Positions 1-17,495 are shown, counted from the first letter of the stretch. The stretch: DNA of 64,000 bases from Eledone cirrhosa (GCA_964016885.1 OZ024756.1:33728001-33792000), one strand, 5' to 3'. Program-made: numbers and translations. Notes: generated by a model not told the origin, from the sequence alone.

Positions 1-133
1 TTTCTTATTTTACGTATTTTATATAATTGTTCTACATCTCTTTGTATTGACCCACAAAGTTACTAAGACAAACCTACATCTTTACTAGCGTAAGTATACA
101 TCTCGTATAAATATGTTGGTAGATATACTAATT

Positions 134-206
<73 letters not shown>

Positions 207-671
207 TATATGTATAAATATGTATGCATGTGTATGTATATGCGTGGGGGCATAGAAATAGTCGGGCTGAATACATAGATATATACATACATACATGCTC
301 ATACACCAACATATGAAATGAGTGAAAGCGGTAAATGAAATGATACATAATTACTGTTTACTAAGAACTACTTATTGTACCGTAGTTCCTTATAGTAGCT
401 AATATATCTCCAATATTGTTTGTAATGATTCAATTATTTATCAAATAAGAAACCTACAAATTCAAAGAAACAATAACACAATATGTGGAATCATTCTGCA
501 ATGTATAGCATTAGGAAATGTCTACATGCATGAGACCAAATCATATTTAGTAGATATGTAACTTGTATATAGCTGCATATAGCATTTTGTGAGATTTGGG
601 GCTATATATGTCAGCTGAAAGAAATTACTGCTCGATAATACAATCATTCACACTACTTTCTTTGTTACATA

Positions 672-737
<66 letters not shown>

Positions 738-1189
738 GGTGTCGTTTCGTAGCCGCGTGGAGTATAACGATAAAAATGCATAAACAGCAAATTCCAAATT
801 GTTCCCGCCGATACAACACATTATCAAAAAGTAATATAAAGTGAAATAAACTCAGAGATAGTATTTTATTGTTAGCAAACCTTTTCTGAAATTACACGCA
901 TGAACATGCACACACACACACACACATACACACACATACACACACACACACATACTGCACACAGTCAAAAATTCACTCGCAAGCAGACACACACACATAT
1001 ATATATACATACTTACATGCACACGTGTGCTCACATATTTATATACATACATAAACGTTTGTCTAAAACCAACCTCAACACTAGAACATTCATATAAGAT
1101 TGTTTTATAATATATTTCCAATTCGAATGCAAAGAGTGATCTATAATAGTAGGTATATTGCTGCAAGCAATATATATTTCATTAATAAT

Positions 1190-1245
<56 letters not shown>

Positions 1246-1437
1246 TATATGCGTATGTATACATGTATATACAAAGGCTAAACATATGTTTATGTACTTG
1301 TATATGTACGTATATATACTCAGACATACACACTTACAGGCACACATATATATACGTGCGTGTATTTTGGTGCCTTTGTGCGTTTATGCCTGCTTGATTG
1401 AGGTGTGGTTGGGTAGATATGAATCGTAGAAACATAG

Positions 1438-1535
<98 letters not shown>

Positions 1536-4500
1536 CTTGTTTCTGAACAGAATATTAGAAGCTATGAAATATTAGTCGTCAAAAGACTGTATATTGGATT
1601 TTCTTTGAACACTGTTATGTCTAAGTATAACTCTATATGATATTTGCCAAGTTTTAAAGTCGCAAGGTGAAAGCGTTCATTTTCCTAGAAATGGACCGTT
1701 TGATGTCGAGATTCGCGCCAAGCTAAAACAGTGCCGGCCATTTTTACTTCAATGTTAAAAGATGTCGTATATTTTATAAATTGGCAGGTTACCAAAACAA
1801 TCATTACTTACCATTAATTTGAATATTCTTCCGAAACCCAGCAACTAAGGGCTATTATTTGTAAAACTACATTGCAAAATTGAGCAAACATTCACAAGTG
1901 AATAATATTTCAAGAATGAATTCTCTTCCTTCCTGTAATATACATTAATACAAATCACATTGCGTACATTTAATGTGCTAGGATTAATTTTGGCATAGTT
2001 GGAAAGATGAATAATACAAAATCTGATTGAAGATTTTTATAGATTAAAAATATATTTGAATATTCATTTTTTTCTTTTTTGGTTTTCCTTCCTTTTTATA
2101 CCATGTTTATAAATTATAAAATATATCTTTATCATATTTTAAACGTATTTCTCTCGAAACCACCAGCCGTACATTGTTATGGAAATAATACAATAATACT
2201 GAAATATATAATAGCCAGCGTTGAAATAAACAGATGATATACTTAGTGTTTCCATTCTGTGTCGCTCACTATTTAGAGTACCGATGTATTTAGTCCCGCC
2301 AAATCAGGATGACAGTATGAACTCCGGGAGAGGCGCATAGCGAGATGGAGTGGCTGATGCTGCGAATAATCTTTAGCTTTTTCCCCGGCAATTATTTTGT
2401 CATTTTATAGCCGATACGAAGCAGAGATATACTCCCTCGCGAAACCTTTTAGCCGATCCTCATATAGCATTGTAAATAACACAAGTTTATTTGCGAAGCT
2501 TTGGGAAATTTGCAATTTAGATATACATTCGTCACAATAAATATTTATTGTTTTGTAATATTTCAGCTAATTTTATTGAAGTAAAAATATGATTTCGTTT
2601 TTAACATCTCTATGGAGAAGAAATGTGTTGAAAACGAGGAGAGATACAATATACATAGAAGCAGAAATCTGTGTACATTACATATTATGCCAATATTTAC
2701 TCAACTTGAAATATGGTACACATCAATGCTAATTTAATGAATACAATAAACACAAAATACTAAATCAATTTCAGTAATATATTTTTCTCCGTCAAATGAG
2801 ATATTTCGATATGAATATCATTTTATTTAATCTAAAGTCGGTGAGACTTCATCAAAGTGTTGTCACAGTCTTTATTATTGAATGACTCACTACTATATGT
2901 CTTTGAAATCAAACAGAATGCTATATAATTAATTTATGAGAAACAAACCAAAAAGTACTGATTATTCTGCATAATAAGTTATTATATTTTATTGCTATAA
3001 TTTAGTTAATGTGATCTTACTAAAATGTGTCTCTGTATCACTTTCCTATACTGTATATAACAAAGCTGTTGACAAAACATAATGTTATATCTCTACTGTA
3101 AATATGATTCAGGTAATTGGTTCAATTGAATACGTTTTGCAGATTAATTAATTACCTTTCATGCAGACATATTTTAACAAATACAAAACAAATGTTATTA
3201 TATTTAGATAATGGAATTTCCCATTAGTATTTTTTTAAACTAATAAAATACATGATTAGAAAATGAATAAATCGTTTTCAACATAAACATTAAATTTCCA
3301 AAAGTCAATTTGATTTGTAATTAAATTCGAAAGGAGAAAGAGCAAGTCATTTAATATGGTATAAGCATCAGGAATATATATTATCTTTCACACAATCTAT
3401 CTAGAAAAATTAACAAGCTTTTATAGAATAACATAGTTTTTTTCTTTAAATATTTGCCTCTTTTGAGAGTCAGTATACATCAAGGAAATAGGCGAATGTC
3501 TTGTTCACTAAGCTTATAATGTTTAAAAGCATTTGTAACATAATTCATACCTTGATTCTTGTTAACTAGGTAACACAAGCTGCTTACATGAAATCTATCC
3601 ATAAATTCAACATTAGATTATTAATGATACGTTTTCAACACAAGGATATAAAGAAAGAAATATTTGACCCCGACAAAAGCGAATGTCAGCACAAAGTGTA
3701 TTAAAATATTGTACTGAAACATACATAGTTCAGTATTATACTGCATCAGCAAACCATAGCTTTCTAAGAGGTCGTTGAATAAGTGCTGGCATAGTAAATG
3801 TGGTGTTTCACATAATTTGAATTCATTGATTAATGTTAATTTTTCAGTGAGGATATAGAAAAATATTTCCAATAATTAATGATAATCACGTCTCACAAAA
3901 GGGGCACACAAACCCAAATTCTAATTAAATATAATTTGAATAACGTATGCAGTGAAGATATGAAAACATTAGCTGGCGGACTAACATTAATATAATCTGA
4001 TCTCAAACATTACCACGAATCTGATAAAGTATATCGTCTGTTTGTTTTTTAAGTTCCCTTAAAGACTGAATATTAAAGTGGGCATAGAAATCGAGGATGG
4101 CCTGTATGATGCCATTTAGGTCGCGCGTCAAATACATTATCCTGTATACAAAAATCATGTATCACATTATGTATTAGGGCTTATCGTCAATATTTTACAT
4201 ATCATCCCGTGATATATATGTAAGACAAATATTGAGTTGTTACTTAACTCTATCCAAATACTCAACAGTATTAGTTCTGTGAGCATTACGCCATTTACAA
4301 AGAGCACTCCATACTGTACACACTTGGTAAATCGTTGTATGACTCAATCTTTCTATACACAACTAAATTATTTTCTGCTTTGATTCCTTTGCACGACACG
4401 TTGGCCGAGTGTCTATTACTCAATGCTTGGGTTCGTCAAAGCATTGTGAGTTAGGTTTGGGACAAAAAAACAGGATGGAACCTCGGTATAGGTATCGATC

Positions 4501-4764
4501 CTGTTCTGAGCCGGAAGACCGATTGTAGCACCAAATATCCGTCTTTCGTCGAGTTTATAATGCATATGATCCATCCTTACTGCCTCCACGCACATACGTT
4601 TTGTAAATGATGATAGTTTCTGCATACATGGTCCCGTAACTCCTGATGGAGTCGTAGGAGAAACGCGTTCTGACTTTTCAAGGGTATGTTATGTCTGGCG
4701 GAGTAAATTTTTTCAAAGGATAGAGAATTGGATTATTGAAATGGGAAAGAGATATAGAGGACGA

Positions 4765-4925
4765 ATCGACACCAGTTCTAGACTGGTGGGGTTTTTTATC
4801 GACCTCAAAAGTATGAAAATCAAAGTTGACCTCGGTGGGACTTGAACTCAAAAAAACATAGAGCTGGAATGAATACTGCAGAGCATTCTATTCGACGTTT
4901 TAACCACTCAGCCATTTCGCCGCCT
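4765..4925 (-). mobile_element. Diverged tRNA-derived SINE (Nin/Deu-domain family, older subfamily)
   Basis: GACTGGT...TTTTATCGACCTCAAAAGTATGAAAATCAAAGTTGACCTCGGTGGGACTTGAACTCA is the reverse complement of the family core; head remnant CCATTTCGCCGCCT. Confidence 0.75.
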
Positions 4926-6128
4926 ATGTGTAGTTTCTAGTAATTATGAATTTCTATCAGATTTAAATGCTCGTAATGCATGCCTTGAAAATCATGATGT
5001 TTATGGCATTTGAAGACATTCATAGTCGTTTTATCGGAGATAAAATATTTATTGTTTTTTACTCTAAATCTGCCATGAGTGTCTATCAGGGAAATGCCTC
5101 GTATATAATTCATATACCATTTATCAACAAACGGAAATTGAATGTGATATATGTTTCAACGTGGAAGAAAATAATGAAAGTAGAAAGAAAGCAACCATAA
5201 CCACGGTTACTTTCTAGTGAGTTTCTATATTGTGTTTATCGAGTTCTGATGTTGATTTAAATATAACAAAAATATACCAAAAATACCCACTGTCGTCGTT
5301 CTTGGTTTGCAACAATCTAGTTGAAAGCAATGAGTCACACGTTTAAGCTTTTCTATGAAATTCTCCAATAGAAGCTAAACATTACAGAACAACGTTATAT
5401 CTTTTAAATGCCGATATCATGATGTTTACATTTCAATTGTTATCCAAACCAAAACTATTACATCTTCACACGCCATATATAAATAATTCTCCATTAACAA
5501 TACTTCGAGGTTCTGCTGTTTATTTTGTTAGTGACCGTGTATAATGGCCAATGTTTGTATACTATTATGAATGACGATACTTTTCATTGTTATCTTGTAT
5601 AAAGCTTCTACAAATAATTCATGAAGCTTATGTTTGGAATCTACCCTAATGTTTTCTTTATCACTTCACTATAAAATATTTTTGTATCCCGATAATTGTT
5701 GGTTTAAGCTAATACATAATTACTAAATTGTGATTAAATCTCAAAATAAATATTGAAAATGAATTCTGACGTTGAATCAATAATAGTCGTGGGCCTTAAA
5801 TCAGGATTAGAATACTGCCTATTTAATAGTTAACCATTATTTTTAGATCGTAGTATCAAATGTATTAACATTAACATTAACCTGTCGTTTTGGGATTTGA
5901 TTTGCAAACTTTTTTCATGTGAAATCTTTCTGTTGTAACATATATTGTTTTAATATGAAAGGAAGTCGCTCCAACCTAAATGACTATGTAATATTAGTCG
6001 ATAATTATTAGTAAAACCTGAAAGAATTCGGGTAAATTAACCACACCTTCGTCCACTTTTAACCCTTTCTATTGTTACTGTATTAGAGTTTCCAAATCTT
6101 ACTGATAGGCAATGGCTATTATTATATA

Positions 6129-6316
6129 GTGGATTGACAGTATCGGTAGAGGGTCTGACGCCATGCTTTGAAGCAAAGAGTTACGGCCCTTTATAGTCTG
6201 AGTTTAAATCCCGTCGAGGTTAACTTTGCCTTTCATCCTTACGGGTCGCTAAAATAAAGTACGAGTAATTCACTGGGATAATTGCTGGCCTTGTGCCAAC
6301 AGTAGAAACAATTATT
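6129..6316 (+). mobile_element. tRNA-derived SINE with Nin/Deu-like central domain, full length
   Basis: A-box-like TGACAGTATCGG, B-box-like GAGTTTAAATCC, core GCCTTTCATCCTTACGGGTCGCTAAAATAAAGTAC, tail GGCCTTGTGCC..AGTAGAAACAATTATT; many copies in the window. Confidence 0.9.
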
Positions 6317-6327
6317 ATATAGGCATT

Positions 6328-6520
6328 GGTGGTGGATTGGCAGTATTGGTAGAGGGTCTGACGCCATGCTTTGCAGCATAGAGTTATGGCCTCTTATGGG
6401 CTGAGTTCAAATCCAGCCGAGGTTAACTTTACCTTTCATCCTTACGGGGTCGATAAAATAAAGTACCAGTAATGCACTGGAATAATTGCTGACCGTGTGC
6501 CAAAAGTAGAAACAATTATT
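6328..6520 (+). mobile_element. Nin/Deu-domain SINE, second tandem copy
   Basis: Same head, core and tail as 6129-6316; followed by a third head-only fragment at 6536-6586. Confidence 0.9.
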
Positions 6521-7305
6521 ATATACTCATTTAAGGGCAGTGGATTGGCAGAATTGTTAGAGCGTCGGACAAAATGTTTTGTAATACGCACATACAAATC
6601 CACATTTAGGATTAAACGTTGTATTCGTCAGCGGAATAACGTATTTGACATATCTTCAAGAAATACAATTGGAAAAATGAGTTCTACCAGTAATAAAAAG
6701 GACAAGTTTGTTCGTGCAATGTTCTTCCCTGTTTTGTTTCGTAGATCAAACATCTAGAACATTCATCGTCCGAACCGACGAAGTTCCAACAACAACAATA
6801 ATGTCATATTTAAATTTATTTGAATAATTACATTATACAGAAATTTCAACATTGAGTTATCGACAATTAATCAGCTACCGACTTTTCTGATGCTAAAAAT
6901 GTGTCGATGTTGCGTTATTCTACCGACACCCCATCAATCATAACGAATATGAAGTTATTCCAACGTTAAATGAATGCCATATTTTCACACTGTATTTCTA
7001 CACAATTTCAACCACGAGCGCTGGCTTTGTGCCAGCTGGTTTATCTTGCTTGGGTAAAAGAAATCGAAGCATTATACATCATGTTCTAGAATGCATGATG
7101 TAGGTATGTTGGAATGCTGTAAGCTTGACACATAACACAAAGGCGAGAAAAAGCAGTTAATACGCACAATGAAATTATTTGTTACTGCACAGTAGTGTTT
7201 GATAATAAACATATTTTGTAGAGGGTTGATAAGACTTAGGAAAACAGTTAATAATAGCACGCAATCCAAAATATTAAGGAAAGAGATGTATTGTAATTTC
7301 GTAGG

Positions 7306-9020
<1,715 letters not shown>

Positions 9021-9242
9021 GATAAAGAACACAAGAGCGTCTACAACATCAAAAGATTTTTATTGGCTTACAATGTTTCTTCCTTACGTAACCGTAGGAT
9101 TCTTCAGAGTTATAAAAGGGGTTTGATTGGTGTTATGGACTCTACCAACCAAACATTCAAGAACAAAGAGTAAAGAGAGTAAAGAGCAAAAGCAGGGGAC
9201 GATAAGTCTAATTTTGGTGCGGGAGGGTGAGGTGTGGGTCCT

Positions 9243-9245
<3 letters not shown>
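9021..9245 (-). mobile_element. Putative Penelope-like 3'-end fragment between (TA)n tracts, with hammerhead-like motif (9067-9109)
   Basis: Minus strand reads CT-CTGAAGA-aTCCTACG-GTTA-CGTAAGGAa-GAAA-CATTG-TA-AG, then AATAAA; stem I only 2 bp. Confidence 0.6.
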
Positions 9246-9299
<54 letters not shown>

Positions 9300-10689
9300 A
9301 GTATTTGACTGGTACTTTATGTGAAGGTTGTGATGTAAAGTTGATCTCGGTGAGATATGAACTCAAAATTTAAACCAAAACAAATAGCAGAATGGAATTT
9401 TAACTGACATCCTTCAGCCCAGATAAATATTACTGAGAATGTATTTCTTTGTGTAACTCATACGATTTCTTTCACTCTTACATCAGAGAAGGCAAGCAGA
9501 TTTCATAACACGTTTTAAGCGTGTTTGAGATTAGTCGATGGAAGGTATCCGCACACTGAATATCCATCCCGAATGCTTACATATAAGTAGATGCTTTGAA
9601 AATGATCAATATACAATGCGGTGCTGTTAAACCGGTCGAAGGAATAATAAGCTTAACAACTGATGTTGTTCACAGTGCTGTTTGAACTCAGATCGCAAAG
9701 TGGCAAACAGCAAACATCACTTTCGATTCTCTGACAATTCCACCGCCACCTGAAAAGTCGAAAGTCAAATTTGACATCGTTGGGATTTGAACTCATAGCA
9801 ACAAAAGAAGGAAAGAATGCAGCAAGTATTTTGTCCACTGCTTTAAATTCTTTTCTATATACCAAACTACGAACAAAAATTTCTAGACGTCCTACACTAT
9901 CTTTATACTTTAACCAAACCCAAATTCTATCTAGATAGAAATTTGATGGCCGAAAGTTGTATCTCGACATATACATATATATTAGTACATTCAAGAAATC
10001 TAAACAAGAATAATATAGTGACTGATTTCAATTATCGAATATATATATAGAGAGAGATTTTAAAATACATCTACATAGAAATAAATGGAAACACATTCTC
10101 TAGCACTAGATACAGAATGGTGATGTATTCATAATTTAAAGAAATGCATTTATCGTTGCAGTAGAAGGTAATTTGCTAACTGACAGGAATGAAATCATGT
10201 AAGCGAAGTTTCTAGAATCAACAGAATTTTAACTCATATACTTCAATAGAGCACAATATATATTCACATGATATATAGTTCTAGGGATATACAGTGTCAA
10301 TAAACAATATACTCTCCCATTATATAAGTTGTTTCGTATCTAACAAAGTATCTACATTCTGGTTTTTCGACAAGCATACAACAGCGTAATTAGGAAATAT
10401 TTCACGTCAGAACATCATAAGTACTGAATAGAAAAAACATCGATCAACTTTTCCGCCAAAATTATTGTGCAACGCTACTGAAGAATTTTCTGAAAGGTTA
10501 TCGCTATTTGCCTTGCATTAACCGCTTTCTAGAATATAAAAGTAACGTAATTTATTTATTTTGTGTTGCAACTATTTACCAGACAATTGTATTTGCTATT
10601 CAGTACACAGTGCTGTATATGTAATCCTACCATCAAAAGAATGAATAAATAAATATATACACAATGTAAATATAAATATGTAAATAAAT

Positions 10690-10905
<216 letters not shown>

Positions 10906-11247
10906 AAACAAGGAAATATATATATAAATGAATGTATATATATAAATGAATGAAGGCACCTTCCTTTTTTATTCATGATTAATGCTTAGAAATTAATGTC
11001 AAAATTGAATTAGGAATTTTCTGAATGAAGTGTTTTCATTAACAAACTAAGGTGTATGAAATTAAGAGGATTTAGTTGATGTGTAAAAGGAAAATCAATA
11101 TATAGGCAAACCATTTATAAAATACTTTCAAACATTACATTCGTTTCAATTCACTAAACATTTCGTATAGATTTAGATAATGGTGAGAGAGAAGTTAAAC
11201 AGTTGACTCCCTTATATTTTAAAAGGTATTAGTATCGACAATTAACA

Positions 11248-11400
11248 TTAATGGTTTCTAATTTAGGCAAAAGGCTGGCAGAGTTGTGAAGCGGGGAGCT
11301 GTCGAATAAATCGGCGACAATGCGAGATTTGAACTCAGAAACGGATGTGATGGAGCAAATGGTGCAAAGCTTCTCATCAGATATTTTAATAACTAGAATG
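11248..11400 (-). mobile_element. Degenerate, internally deleted Nin/Deu-domain SINE
   Basis: GGTTTCTAATTTAGGCAAAAGGCTGGCA tail and GATTTGAACTCAGAA B-box on the reverse strand. Confidence 0.6.
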
Positions 11401-11526
11401 TTTTCAACACCCTGATGCGCATGTATATATGTGTGTGCGTGTGTGTATGTGTATATCGATACATTTATATATGACCACCACATATACATTTATATATGTA
11501 TGTAAGTATATATGTAAGTATATATG

Positions 11527-11583
<57 letters not shown>

Positions 11584-11588
11584 GTATG

Positions 11589-11651
<63 letters not shown>

Positions 11652-11712
11652 ATATATATATACATACATACATACATACATACATACATACATACATACA
11701 TACATACATACA

Positions 11713-11802
<90 letters not shown>

Positions 11803-11823
11803 CATATATATATATAATTATAT

Positions 11824-12009
11824 GTCAATCCCGGCTTCAATCGGAGTTAACCACAGTAAGTAAGGTGCTCAATACATAGCAGAGTATAAATATTTAAAAT
11901 AGAAATGGCTTCTAAAGGACTAGAACTGTTTCATTCGGGAGAAATCATGAGGAAGCCTGGTGATTTCTCCCGAATGAAACAGTGCTAGTCCTGTAGAAGC
12001 CATTTCTAT
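11824..12009. mobile_element. Family A fold-back element (PLE-type inverted terminus): 49-bp arms 11899-11947 / 11961-12009 plus one-sided tail 11824-11898
   Basis: Arms are near-perfect reverse complements; same family at 8363, 8861, 18252, 18475, 42135, 42335 and 43904; sense arm carries (CTG)ATGATTTCTCCCGAATGAAAC; flanked by (TA)n. Confidence 0.8.
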
Positions 12010-12035
12010 ATTTTTATATATATATATATATTAAT

Positions 12036-12415
12036 AAAAGGAATTCCAACTTTGTCTGATTTACGCGTTTTATTTACAATCCTTTAAAATTATAATGATA
12101 TTATAATGAAATAGTATGGTAGAACATTAAATGTTAAGTGTTAATTGAACAAATATTTTCATGCTTTCGCAATCTTCAAGTTCATATTCAGTGGTGACAG
12201 TCAAGTTTGCAATTTTCAACTGTCAAATTTCCACAGTTGAAAATTGCAAACTTGACTGTCACCACTGAATATGAACTTGAAGATTGCGAAAGCATGAAAA
12301 TATTTGTTCACTTAACACTTAACATTTAATGTTCTACCATACTATTTCATTATAATATCATTATAATTTTAAAGGATTGTAAATAAAACGAGTAAATCAG
12401 ACAAAGTTGGAATTC

Positions 12416-12420
<5 letters not shown>
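12036..12420. mobile_element. Family B fold-back: 188-bp inverted arms with 9-nt spacer
   Basis: 12036-12223 is the reverse complement of 12233-12420 with two mismatches seen; a single arm recurs at 22614-22803; (TA)n on both sides. Confidence 0.9.
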
Positions 12421-12457
<37 letters not shown>

Positions 12458-12512
12458 GTAAATTTGTATTCCAATGTTACTAAGTAGTTGTATTTCCGTT
12501 TCATAAACTTCT

Positions 12513-12574
<62 letters not shown>

Positions 12575-13211
12575 CATATTATATCATATATATATATATA
12601 TATATATATATACTACATACATATATATATATATAAACACGCAAACACAGAAACATTACAAAAATACACATTCACAGACATTACATTCACACAAGTACAC
12701 ACACGTTTACACAAACACACATATACACATACTCTCACACATACCGTAGTAAATGCAACGCTAGCCGCTGCTTTCCTATACTTTTTTTTTTACCATCCCT
12801 TTCCTTCGTTTCACACAAACACAACTACACTGTGTGACGAACAACAGACGGAAGTCAGTCAAATTTATATATAGATTCGGGCAATTCACCATCTTGGACT
12901 GGTACAATATTTGAGTGAACTCTAAAGAATAACAGATGATTTTAACGGACGAATTTGACCTCAGACCGTAAACCTTTTCGACAGGTAACTATTTTTCCAA
13001 TCCAATGCCTTCGCCAGTAAAGATTAATGGGCTATATCCGGTTATCTGAATACGACCGATGCTGGTGCTGGTTGTGGTGGTGGTGGTGATGTTGGTGTAG
13101 TGGTCATGTTAGAGTTGTTTCTTGACACGGCTGTGTGGTGGTGGCGATGATCGTTGTGGTGCAGGTGATGGTGGTGGTTGTGGTACAGATGGTGGTGGTC
13201 GTGGTGTGTGG

Positions 13212-13244
<33 letters not shown>

Positions 13245-13318
13245 ACAAAGAAGGTCTGGTAAGATACCAGGTAGGCCATAATTCACCAGGAGACTCGATG
13301 CTTAGGGTAGTAGAGTTA
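13245..13318 (-). mobile_element. Isolated tail fragment of family H (PLE-like) between (TA)n tracts
   Basis: ACAAAGAAGGTCTGGTAAGATACCAGGTAGGCCATAATTCACCAGGAGACTCGATG resembles 62437-62495 and 25329-25400. Confidence 0.6.
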
Positions 13319-13331
13319 TATACATAAATAC

Positions 13332-13447
<116 letters not shown>

Positions 13448-13799
13448 TCATATTTGCATATATAAACATATATAAACACTCCTAAGCAACAATATTTAGC
13501 GAAAACGAGGTAATCTTCAGCTCAGCCGTAGGGCACTGTGACCTTGTAGCTAACCATTGATTCTCATATTCAATCCAATATTAAAAAACAACAACAATTA
13601 TGGTGATAATAAGAATGACAACAGCAACAAGAACAATAATAATAGTAATAGTAATGATGATAAACATATCATATATTTTATAATTTTCGTGTCACATTTT
13701 AAAGAAAATTTATTATAAAATAATCACAGCATACCGTGATCCATTGTAGTAAATTGTAAAGGGAATGTAGTATATAAACGAAAATTATATATGTGTGTC

Positions 13800-13876
<77 letters not shown>

Positions 13877-13925
13877 ATCTATAGGTGTATATACGGACAT
13901 ATATGTATTCATGCACATACATATA

Positions 13926-13989
<64 letters not shown>

Positions 13990-14285
13990 TACATGTATAT
14001 ATGTGTATATATAGTATATATATAAGTATATATATATATGTATATACATATATATATGTGTATATATGTATATATAGAGAGAGAGAGAATATTCATATAT
14101 ATGTATGTACTATATATATATACATATATATATATATATGAATGTATATATATATATACGTATACATATATTCATATATATATGTATATGCTATATATAT
14201 ATATATATATACATATATATACGATACATATATACATATACATATATATATATATATACATATACACACACACACATATACATAT

Positions 14286-14380
<95 letters not shown>

Positions 14381-14908
14381 TAATGAAGAAGAAAACATGA
14401 GAAGATGAGAAGTGAGGGATGTAGATTGGAAATTCAATATCATTTCGCTTCGATAATCGTTTTACGTTTTGTATCCTTCAGGAAAACCTATTCATAAAGG
14501 AATTTCACATTATGGTGGCAAAGAAAAATGGGAGCAACGGATTGCTTTTCAGTGAAGGACAAACATAAAAAAATGAAAAAAAAAGTCTATTTTTCCTCGT
14601 ATACAATATTCATAATTATTCCTGAACTTTCTTTTTGTTTATGTATTTTATATAGTTATTGATTATATATTTTTTTTATTTTCATGTATTTGTTTTTTTT
14701 GTTTTTTTTTGTATTTATCAAATATTCGTTTTGTTTTGTTTCGTTTCGCTTTCATTTTTGTTGTTGTTGTTGTTGTTTTTGCTTTTTTTATGTGTTTGCT
14801 TTTGTTGTTGTTGTTTTTTTGTTTGTTTTAGGTTTTTTGTTGGGGGGGGTGTATTCTTTGTTTTTATTCTTCTTGACTACTCACATATTTTCAATCTCTA
14901 TTTATGCT

Positions 14909-15142
14909 GAAGAAGAAGAAGAAGAAGAAGAAGAAGAAGAAGAAGAAGAAGAAGAAGAAGAAGAAGAAGAAGAAGAAGAAGAAGAAGAAGAAGAAGAAGA
15001 AGAAGAAGAAGAAGAGGAAGACGAAGAAGAAGAAGAAGAAGAAGAAGAAGAAGAAGAAGAAGAAGAAGAAGAAGAAGAAGAAGAAGAAGAAGAAGAAGAA
15101 GAAGAAGAAGAAGAAGAAGAAGAAGAAGAAGAAGAAGAAGAA
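14909..15142. repeat. (GAA)n trinucleotide tract, nearly pure
   Basis: Direct reading; one GAG GAA GAC interruption near 15014-15022. Confidence 0.98.
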
Positions 15143-15390
15143 GGGCAACTCGCCTGAGAATATAATACTACATGAGAGAAATTATTAAAAATAAAAATAA
15201 GGAACATACGCCAAAAATATAAAAGATGAATCCTAGAATGGTGGAATTATTTTTTTAAATATACAACTTTTAGGAATATTCTGTGTAAATAATATATATA
15301 TGCATATATACATATGTGTGTATATGTATGTATATATATATATGTATGTATCCATATGTATATTATATACATATATATATATTATTATAC

Positions 15391-15435
<45 letters not shown>

Positions 15436-15849
15436 CAAAAAAATTATATTATATATATATATATTATATATATATATATATAAAAATTATATTATACATA
15501 TATATATTATATATATATATATATAAAAAATTATATTATACATATATATATCATATATATATATTATATAAATATATATATATAATATATATATATATAT
15601 AAATATATTATATACATATATACACATAATAAAGACGTAGCCAGCATGCACAAACATACACAGATATATATTTATATATGTATGCATATATGTATACACA
15701 CACACACACAGACAGACACACACATATATATATGTATATATAGAGAGGTAGGTAGGTATGTATGTATCAATATTAGTGCGTTTATGCGTATATGCACGTC
15801 TGTATATGACCATATAGCCATAACATATACATATGTCTATATGTGTATG

Positions 15850-16404
<555 letters not shown>

Positions 16405-16854
16405 GTGTTTGTGTGTGACAATATATGCTTGAAAATATATGTAAAGCGGTAAACAACTTGGAATTAGGTGCCTATTCAATATATACGCATTGACATTTTT
16501 TCTTCAGTATTTCAATTCCTATGTCCTCAATTCTGCATTCATCATCTTCTGATTTTTAAGACACTTTTCTTTTTCCTTCCGAACATGAATTCCCTAAAAG
16601 AATACTGAAAAAATATTTCATATTTCTTACTATAGAGAATACTACAGTTTTTATGAAACCCGAAATTTTCATTGTTTGCAAAAAGTAGTTTTTGAGGTTC
16701 TTTGTGATATATTGTATTTGTCTATTTTTGGTTTTCTAAGGAAATTCTTTGGTATATAATACAAAATTAAAAATAATAAATCCTTTCATTAATTGTGAAT
16801 ATTTCTAATGCCAACAGTTCGGATCTAACTGTCGAAACGGCCGGAGCCGTAGTA

Positions 16855-17495
<641 letters not shown>

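Noticed and set aside
2280-2465. GC-richer island; one minus frame gives IIRSISHSISLCASPGVHTVILIW, faintly like GIMAP/AIG1 GTPases
   Set aside because: Bounded by stops, no convincing splice sites, and the similarity is too short to support.
4390-4705. GC-richer island with a 69-aa minus-strand ORF
   Set aside because: No recognisable domain; the plus frames contain stops; CTGATGG...GAAACGCGTT does not form a proper hammerhead.
12036-12420. Reading the long hairpins as classical MITEs or as rho-independent terminators
   Set aside because: Arms also occur singly, spacers vary, tails are one-sided and several families carry hammerhead motifs. Family B itself has no convincing hammerhead, so its PLE assignment is by analogy only.
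14684-15207. Poly-E, K, S and F ORFs
   Set aside because: Products of a pure (GAA)n tract open in several frames.
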